The notes beneath the pieces were generated by a model. The model did no database searches. It worked only from the letters and a program-made list of their open reading frames with translations, and was not told where the DNA came from. Of a stretch of DNA of 64,000 nt, positions 55,437 through 64,000 are shown piece by piece. The stretch is from Macrostomum lignano (Eukaryota). The DNA lies in assembly GCA_002269645.1 (NCBI GenBank), contig NIVC01000944.1:1-64000 (forward strand), given 5' to 3'. The number at the start of each line of letters is the position of its first letter. Within the stretch, counting starts at the first letter, position 1. Both the position numbers and the translations under genes were made by a program.

Positions 55437-55600
55437 CCATCCCAACTGTTCATGGGGTCAGCAGTCCCAACTGTTTTTGGGGTCAGCAGCCCTAACTTTT
55501 CGTGGGGGTCAGCAGTCCCAACTGTTCGTGGGATCAGCAGTCCCAACTGTTCGTGGGATCAGCAGTCCCAACTGTTCGTGGGATCAGCAGTCCCAACTAG
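55437..55600. repeat. 25-bp minisatellite CAGCAGTCCCAACTGTTCGTGGGAT
   Basis: About 6 visible copies. Confidence 0.88.
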
Positions 55601-58600
55601 TCACAGAGTCATACATGTACCAGCTAGGCAGTCCCAGCTTTCAGAGCCAGCCCATATGTTTATGGTACAGTGACATTAATGCATCACGCTAAAAGCTACA
55701 CAGTTTAATTCTCCGCTCTAAGCTGATTGCCTGGCTCTGCAAGGGTGTCGCAGTGTTCAGCGGGTCGGTCACCAGCGCAGTTAATTGTGGAAATTTTTAG
55801 GTCGCGGTGATTTCCTCGCCCTGAAGTGCTGTTTGCTGCCCCCGGGAGAGAATGCCAATAAAGCGTGGCGCACACTTTTATTCCGGAGTGCCCCGCTGCT
55901 GCTCGGGCAGCCATTTTGCCCGTTTATTAAAACGATGGCCAGGCACTGAGCTCTGACAGACCAGTCAGTGGCAGGGGGTTACAAAAGATCCTGACTGCCT
56001 TGCACTCTGTGAGCCTCAGGGCTTCTCCTGTCTTCGCTGTCTCAATCTCATTTCCTCTCCAAGCCGGCAGTCCGGGAGTTTGAGTAGGGGCCAGAAACTC
56101 CATCCCCAAGCCGCTCTGTTTCCGATTTTCTCAGCTTTATCACTTTGCTCGCGCCCTCAAGGGCGCTAAGAAGAGAAGGATAGGTGAGCCTGGAGTAGCC
56201 CGGCTAGGAGCATTTGCATAAATTGCGGGAGCAGTTTTTGAAAGGGCGGAGCCGCTTGATGGCTTTTCGAGGTCGGGGTCGGCGCTGGCGGGGGCGAAGT
56301 AGAAAGAAGTTCAAATTTGAAGCCGCAGGATAGTCAATATTATGCGATGTATGGCTTTGGCGGGACTGACTGCCCGGATGCAGCTCAGCATATTCCTTTA
56401 TCTTGGCCGCTTTGTCCCCCTCCTTCGCTCCCAAATCCCTTTCTAAGAACTTTAAGCTGTTGCTCATGCCATGCCCCCCCCCCCTACTCTGCTGCATTCG
56501 GCTGACTGCTCCGCCTCAACACTTCACTTGCCGCTGTCCTCCACTCGGCTCTTCCCATCCCATCTCCTGCCCTCCGTGCCAGCAGAGCCGCGGGCAAACA
56601 AACAGCGGGTGAGGGGTCTCTTCCTCTGCTTTTAGACCGATCGACAAAATTAAAGACAAATACAGGCGCCTGGGGGGGTCGGCGAGCTGGTGGCGGATCA
56701 AATCGCAGTCCCCACAGCCCGGCAAACTGACGCGCCATTCGCCTTGTTTGTCCCAATTCTCGCCTCAGCGCCTGCTATGGAGAGCCGCCCGATGCTCTGC
56801 CTGCACTGCGAAATGAGATAGCGGGCAGACAATTCCTAGGCAGCATCGCAATCCCTCATCAGATCTGCCATCCATCTCTCCCGCTGATTCAGCTGTCACT
56901 GGCCAATAATTAAAATGTAGTTTTATTCTCCCACACTGGAGTTTTGCACTCCGCCGCCCGCCTGATCGGTCGGGGATGAAGCGGGGCGGAGGCTGCGGCT
57001 TCCTCTCGCGCTCTGCCCGTCTTCCGCTGTGCAGAGGCTCAGATTGCGTGCGCCGGGAAGGCCGGGGGGGGGGACTTGCTTCGCCACGCATGCAGTGTTG
57101 ACCCAGGGCCATCCTGCGTCCTCCCCGCGTCCCGGTAGCACCTGTCGCAACCGTTTCTCCCATTCTTGAGCAGTCTCATTTTCAATCGGCTGCTGGCCCT
57201 CGTTTCTGTGGCGCAGTCTCCGCTTACTGAGCAGTTCCGCTTGGCAGCAGCAGAGGAACAATCAAGAAGCGAAATAATTGAGTCGAGCAACTGAAAACTG
57301 CCAGATCTGGATTCGAGATAAGGACCAACAGTAACCGAAAAATCTCTCCGTGAAGCTAATTGATAAATGCTGCTTGCCTGCCTTGTTTTTTTTCTAATGC
57401 CAGATGCCCAGTCTGTTATGCAATCTGGCTATGGACTGCATGTCCATCTGATTGACCGACCGTGGGCAGGCGTTAGTTCGTGCTCATGTATCTGGCTAAA
57501 TTACTCGGCATACCTGCCCCGTGTCGATGCCTGACTAAGTCACTGAGTCAGTCACCGGCGCTCTCCACCTGAGCTGAGATGAGCGCTCATCTATCTATCC
57601 CTTCCCCATGCCTGTCCTCCCCTGTATCAGTTTATAATTATACGGCAGCTCGGGCAGTTAATTCTGCATACTACGGCCTCGGGGAGAGGCAGTGTGGAGT
57701 AGCTTTGGAGTATCTGCCCATTAGGCATCCAGACCAAGCCAGTCTCTTCAGTCCCCTTTATCTTCCTCACCCGTTCCCGAGCCCCTCGCATTCCCTATTA
57801 ATTCAAAGTTCCCAAAGCTGCAATTACAAAGCGCCTCCTTTTATATTCTCGCTTGCGCGTGATATGAGATGCATTGAGGGAAATACCCAGCCGCTCCCGA
57901 AGGACAACTTCTTGCTAGGAAAAAGAGTACGGCTGCTTCGTGCTCGAATGGCTTTGTTCGCCGCTCGGTAGTTTCGTCTTGTCGGTTCCGGCTGAGAGAG
58001 AATCGACAGTCCAGCTGCTTAGCCGGGCCCGCAGTTAATCTTATGTGTTATTTGAAAGCCGTCAAATTCTCTTTCCTTGCTTGCGCGCAAGAGCCGCGGG
58101 GTCATTCCGTCCGTCACGTCTTCCTGGTCACCGCCTTATCCTGCTGGGTAAATTTATCGCTAGCCAGCCATGATCGGATGAGCGGGCTCGCCCTCAGACA
58201 GAGGCCATAAACGGCAACACTGTTTATCAATATGGAGACAATCTCAGCCTGAGGATTGCCGACTCCAGACATCTACTCCCCGTGTTAATGCCGATATTCC
58301 AGCAGTTTCTCTTCCGTAGGCAATCAAAGATGCTATATATTTTGCAATGGAGTTCCTCCGAGGAGCTGAGCTGCGGCTTGTATTTTATGCGATTCCCTCA
58401 GCTGGGAGTGAATGATGAAGAAAATCAGAAATAAAGAAGATTGTCTCTTGCGCCCGGTCGATGAGCGCGCCGATGCATAACTGGGGTGATGTATTCATAC
58501 CGCAGCTCCGGCTCTGCTGCTTCAATCTTATCCCCCTCTCGGTTCTCCACCCCCGAAGTCACGGGACTCGGGGAGGAGCTCACACTGAGGCCTCAGAATG

Positions 58601-61204
58601 CAGCTCGCTGGCGCGCAAGAGGTCGCTGCGGATGCTTTATTGCCATTATTATATTTTATTTGCCCCCCGGTTCTTGCTTGACTGCAGCCTCTAGGAGACG
58701 GGTAGAAGGGCTTGGCTGGCGGAGAAATCAATAATTAAGTGAGGCAAAAATTGTCCAGCCCTTCTGCTTGTGCTCGCCAAGGTATAAACTGACTCAGCCC
58801 CACCTTTGTCTTTCTATCCTTTTCTTCATTCTTCTTCATCTACGCATAGGTCTTCTTATTCTTTGTATTGTCAGGGGCTTTCTATGCACAGGCTAGCCTT
58901 TTGATGTGCAATACTCCGGCTAGCTTAGCTGGCTATGAGGCATGCGCTGCGCAAAGCACGAGGCTTGAGAATAGCCTTGATGCTTGAATGCTGCTCTGTA
59001 GCCTTGCTGGCTAATCTCTGACCGCTGTGCCGCTTTTGCTGCGCCTTCTCGCACCAGCGCCAGGCGGCTCGCGGTCCAAAACCCCCCGATTTCTCAGCAT
59101 CTGCATGCGGGTTGCCACATTGAACAGCCAGAGCGATATTGAATCGGCAGCATGAACTATCTGGGTCTGTGCAGTGAAAGATTTAAAGAAAATCGACTGA
59201 AACGTACTGGAACTTGCTGAGCCTGCTTACTCACGGTGCTTTAATTAGCAGATAGATAGACTGGCAATGTGACTGGAGACATTGGCGGGGACGAGCACTG
59301 TATATCCTGCTGCCAGATCCTTATCCAATCGTGTGAACTTTTTAGTCTCCGTTTTCCCTTCTTCCTCCGTGGGCGGGTCTCGACCGCCCGTTCGTCTCCC
59401 GAATGCACTGGACTGCTTGCTTGACAGACAGACAGGCAATCGCTACTGTGCTGGTGACTGGCTTTCTTTCAGTTTAACAAGTCGCTGTGAAATTTTGGTC
59501 TCTCGCAGACCGTGTGTGACTCGAAACAAAAATGAAAATTACGCGGCCAAGTCGCCCAAATCATTCAGCTTGTTAGAATCGTCACCAGCGCAGATAGCAC
59601 AGCTGTTATGTAGGTTAGCGGCCTCTGCACTCGCCAGCGCTGAGTCTTGGCGACTGAAAGCCCAACTGCCTCACGAACTGCGCGCGTAGGATAATGGCTC
59701 TCCTTATCTTCTGTTGTGGGAACAGAGGTATGGAATGTTCTTGCCTAGCTGTGCACGCAGCTGACTTCCGGCTGCTCCTCTCAATTTAATATTATTATTA
59801 ATATTATTACACCTTATGTAAGACACAAGGGACGGATAGAGTTTCCCCGATAAATAAGTTGGAAGAGTCAGGAGAAGTTCTCTTGCGTTCTGTTGTTTCT
59901 GAGTTCCCCATCGCCAAAGCTCCAAGCCTGACCTGTCAGTTTTCAGGCTGAGACTCGAGCCGAATTTCACTTCCTCATCGTTTAGTCTCAATGGAAGAGG
60001 GCCTTGACCCCCTGGTCCCGATGAACCACTCGCTATTGAGCATGGAGTTATATGTACAGCCTTGCCACGTACTGCACATCGCGCTATCTGGTTTGTCAGC
60101 CGATCCTCTGTGCACTGCACACATCCTGTACTCGCCCGGCCCTGCTCCGCCTGTCTCCGCCTATTCCCCTCAAGCCTGACCTCTGTCTCGGTTATCTTTT
60201 TCTATCTTGCAGCGGCCGCCCTCCTTGAGCGTTTTTGGCAAGTGAAAAGGCTAAATTTCTGCTCCAGGTCAAGAGGATCCCATTTCTTACTGCCAGAGTC
60301 TGGGGGAAGTCAAGACTGCTGCTTTGGGGAGAGCCAATCGATCCCAACCCGACCAAATTTTTTCCTTCGTGCAGCCCTCCATCTTTCGCGGCCGATCGCC
60401 AGTTTCTTGAGCTGGAAGTTGAGACGCGGAGCAGTTGTTGGCAGATTGCGTCACTCTGAGTTGCGGGGCCGCCTGTTTGCACTTTGCTTGTTTAGTTTGT
60501 TTATTTTGCCTGGCCTGTTTGCCTCTTGGCCTCTTTCCCATGTTTCCCTTCATCGCTGGTCTGTTCTCAATTTAATCCAGCCCGCCCCGATCCCCCGCCC
60601 CCAGCAGAGTTTGCTGGATTAGTGCCTCATCGAAATCATTCTCTTTACTGCCGGGCTTTCGTGTTCCCCCATCCCGGCTTCACCCCCAACCGGATGTGAT
60701 TAAAATTGCTGGCCCCAACTTCTATTTCTCCCCTTCCTCTTCATCTCTTCCTCCCTTTCTTGCCCTCTATGTCTTGCCTGCTCCCCTCTTGGCCCTCCCC
60801 CCTTCCCCCTGTCTGGCGCTTCCCTCCAAAGGCAAAAGTTGGTGCGGGACCCTCTTTCCCCTTATGCTCCCTCCGGCCCGCCGGGCTCGGCTTCCTGGCG
60901 CGGAGGGCCTCCGCCAGTCACCTCCGGTGCGGCCCCATCAGCTGCGGTCGCCCGGCTTCCGCTATTAAAGACCCATAGCGCCAGCTTTCTCTGAGCCCCG
61001 ATTCTGAAGGAGCTCAGGTGGAGAACAGACTGCGAGGGGCGCTGGTGCAGAATGCTCTCCCCCAAGCTTTTTTGTTGTGACTCTAATCCTTGTTAACCTG
61101 GCCGTGCGCGTGTTCCCCCTCACTTGAGTCCCTGCATGGCTTTCTACTTTCTCTTGCCGCCTTGTCTTGACTCAACCCTGAGCACGGGCCGCCATCTGTA
61201 GTCT

Positions 61205-61570
61205 GCGGAATCTCAGTCAGCATGATAAGACTCGGTCAATCTCTGCCGGGTTGTCGTGCGGAATCTCTGTCAGTATGATGAGACTCGGTCAGTCCTCTGC
61301 CGGATTGTCGTGCGGAATCTCAGTCAGTATGATGAGACTCGGTCAGTCCTCTGCCGGATTGTCGTGCGGAATTTCAGTCAGTATGATGAGACTCGGTCAG
61401 TCCTCTGCCGGATTGTCGTGCGGAATCTCAGTCAGTATGATGAGACTCGGTCAGTCCTCTGCCGGATTGTCGTGCGGAATCTCAGTCAGTATGATGAGAC
61501 TCGGTCAGTCCTCTGCCGGATTGTCGTGCGGAATCTCAGTCAGTATGATGAGCCTCGGTCACTGTCAGTC
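61205..61570. repeat. 54-bp minisatellite GTCGTGCGGAATCTCAGTCAGTATGATGAGACTCGGTCAGTCCTCTGCCGGATT
   Basis: About 6.5 near-identical copies, no spacers. Confidence 0.93.
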
Positions 61571-62974
61571 CTCTGCCAGATTGTCGAAATTCAGCGACTA
61601 ATCTAAGAATCTAATGGCAGTTTAGTGCTGTGTATTTTGGTGCTTTATCGCAGAGTAGCGAGACTCCACACGGCAAATCTGCTTGCTTTAATGGCTTAGC
61701 TTGGTTGCTGGAAGGCCACACGAATTCTCCGCCCTAATGGAGTTGGACAGGGCGCGCTCGGCTTGGGGGTGTCGGTCGCATCCGCTACAATTTAATTCCT
61801 AGCGGCTTGGATGCACTTTTTGCCCCGCCTCCGCCCGGCCAGCACTGAATGCGGAGATGCTCTTATCGATCAGGCCGTTTAGCTCTCAGGGTGTCCAGTC
61901 AGTGCAGATGACAATGCGGAGATCTCCGCTATCAGATAATTGCTTTCGCCATGAACAGCGGAAATTTAAGTGCTTTTTTCCTTTGAATCTGATTTAATTC
62001 TCGAAATTTTATTTCCAATCGGCGACAAGATTTTAGCATCGATAAGAGGATTTCGAGTGACTACTCAAATTTTCGAGTCGTGTTTATTTATCGGAACCTA
62101 CCTCTTTTTTGTTTGGCACGGGCGGCGGCTTCTCGCTAAAATTAACACCGAATCGCCTTTTCACTTCTCCTGCACTGGCTGTGCCTGCTGAAGCAGGAAT
62201 TGGCGTGGATGAGGAGAAATGTGGCGCTGGATGCTGGCTGGCTGGGCGAGAGGCAGAAATAAGAAAAAAGCAAGCCGGCCGCCTTCAGTTCTTTTTTCAC
62301 CCTTTTCTATTGATCGATTTTCTGCTTAGACAGAGGCGGGAGGAGCGAGGAGCAATCTTTACTGCGGCGCGCTCGCTCCGCCAGAAACCGGTCAATTTTT
62401 CAGAGTGAGAGCAAGAGAGAGAAAGGAACGGCAGAAATTGTCGTCATTAATCAGTTCTCAACTGTCTGCCTGGCAGCAGACCGCCCTCTTCTAGGGGCAA
62501 GGATAGATTCTTGGGAGGCGGCGTTCTGGCTTGGCGGATGAGGGGGCTCGGCTCAGGACTGCCGGAGGGCCCTGGCTGATCCCGGGTGCCGAGGTCGAGG
62601 CCGGAGTGGCTGGTGGTGTCGCGGAGCGCGCTCAGAAATTGATGTCGCAACCATTAAGATTGAGCCGCTCCCCCAAGGTATTGGAGGGGAGCTAGCAAGC
62701 AGATTTGAGGATTTGTTTGTCGGGAAAGTGAGGCTGAGATTGCAGAGTCCGCAGCGGGACGGATTATGCAGCAGATCCTAGGTTGGTTGGCGGTATTACT
62801 CATCAGTGCATTCCATGCGGTGCAGCTCTAGTGCAACTTCATAAACTGGCTGGGCATTCATTTTTTCATTTAGGCTCTGGAGATTTAAAAGCAAGCCATT
62901 TCCGCTGCTAGCCGTCATCTATCCAGTTGGTTCAGAGAACCAGAGAATAGAGAACCATGAGCTCGTGAGCGGGC

Positions 62975-63545
62975 TAGCCATCTCAGAGTCAGTCCCAGTT
63001 CCCACTGAGCAGAGCACCAGCAATCTCAGAGTCAGTCCCAGTTCTCACTGAGCAGAGCACTAGCCATCTCAGAGTCAGTCCCAGCCAGTTCCCACTGAGC
63101 AGAGCACTGGCTATCTCAGAGTCAGTCCCAGTTCTCACTGAGCAGAGCACTGGCTATCTCAGAGTCAGTCCCAGTTCTCACTGAGCAGAGCACTAGCCAT
63201 CTGAGAGTCAGTCCCAGCCAGTTCTCACTGAGCAGAGCACTAGCTATCTCAGAGTCAGTCCCAGTTCCCACTGAGCAGAGCACTAGCCATCTCAGAGTCA
63301 GTCCCAGTTCCCACTGAGCAGAGCACTAGCCATCTCAGAATCAGTCCCATTTCCCACTGAGCAGAGCACTAGCCATCTCAGAATCAGTCCCATTTCCCAC
63401 TGAGCAGAGCACTAGCCATCTCAGAGTCAGTCCCAGTTCCCACTGAGCAGAGCACTAGCCATCTGAGAGTCAGTCACAGTTCCCACTGAGCAGAGCACTA
63501 GCCATCTGAGAGTCAGTCCCAGCCAGTTCCCACTGAGCAGAGCAC
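62975..63545. repeat. 43-bp minisatellite CACTAGCCATCTCAGAGTCAGTCCCAGTTCCCACTGAGCAGAG
   Basis: About 13 copies, some with a CCAG insertion. Confidence 0.93.
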
Positions 63546-64000
63546 CTGATAGAAATTAAGATCGAATCGCAGAGCTTGCTCAGTTTGGATGGAGAGCTTG
63601 GCCCAGGTCGGGATCATCCTAGCTGAGCTCCTCTCGTCTCCGCCACCGATGCCGCATCGATTTCCCCCTTGCGCCGGCTTTTCACTTTTTTCCCGAGTCA
63701 GTGCCGCGGCTCCCGGTTGCGTTACCGACCGCGAGCCGCAGCTCTTGTGCAGCTTCTTGGCCTCGCCGGGGCCCACCTGAGGGAGTTGCTGTGGGTGGAG
63801 AAAGGAAAAATGGCGAGAAAATACCTGCGGATAGTAATAGACAGGCTGATGGATTGATTTTAGATAGATGGGGATTTTGCCCCGGGCGCTGTATTTCCCC
63901 TCTCCCTGCCTCTCAGGTGAGCTGGTGGGCCGGGGTCGGGTCGGGCCCACCCCAGTGCGTGTTTGCTCACTTCTGCTCGCAACTTTCTCCTGGCTGGCTG

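Noticed and set aside
61205-61570. 54-bp repeats as a CRISPR array or a C/D snoRNA cluster (contains ATGATGA)
   Set aside because: Units are contiguous with no unique spacers, there are no cas genes, and no CTGA box D or terminal stem is present on that strand.
63720-63780. Candidate minus-strand exon VGPGEAKKLHKSCGSRS with plausible splice sites
   Set aside because: Short, no homology recognised, and any partner exons would lie outside the window.

Overview
Eukaryotic (animal) genomic DNA with GC-rich, Ala/Gln-rich exons and minisatellite-filled introns. The style resembles the free-living flatworm Macrostomum; this is an inference, not a determination. Six host genes can be built with splice sites and reading frame checked by hand: a secreted C-type lectin/PAN-like gene (-, 5001-6059), a tandem-CAP (GAPR-1-like) gene (+, 12913-18310), a phospholipid scramblase (-, 20831-24001), an NR2E/Hr83-like nuclear receptor (+, 30374-35711), an intronless EF-hand gene nested antisense in its intron 2 (32300-32800), and an SPSB/gustavus-type SPRY-SOCS box gene (-, 38774-41951). 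There is also an orphan Gln-rich ORF (3386-4254). Mobile DNA includes Crypton-like, Harbinger, IS630/Tc1, mariner and BEL/Pao relics. A very young 2766-bp Gypsy (Mag-like) LTR element has one intact ORF reading Gag-protease-integrase core with RT and RNase H deleted in frame. Fourteen of 16 modelled introns carry a tandem repeat, each with a different unit. The most unusual signals are the RT-less Gypsy element, a ~5.4-kb AT-rich island (46.4-51.9 kb) with a RIP-like C-to-T signature and 13 copies of TAGGCCTA, and the intron-specific minisatellite pattern. No rRNA, confident tRNA or CRISPR array was seen.
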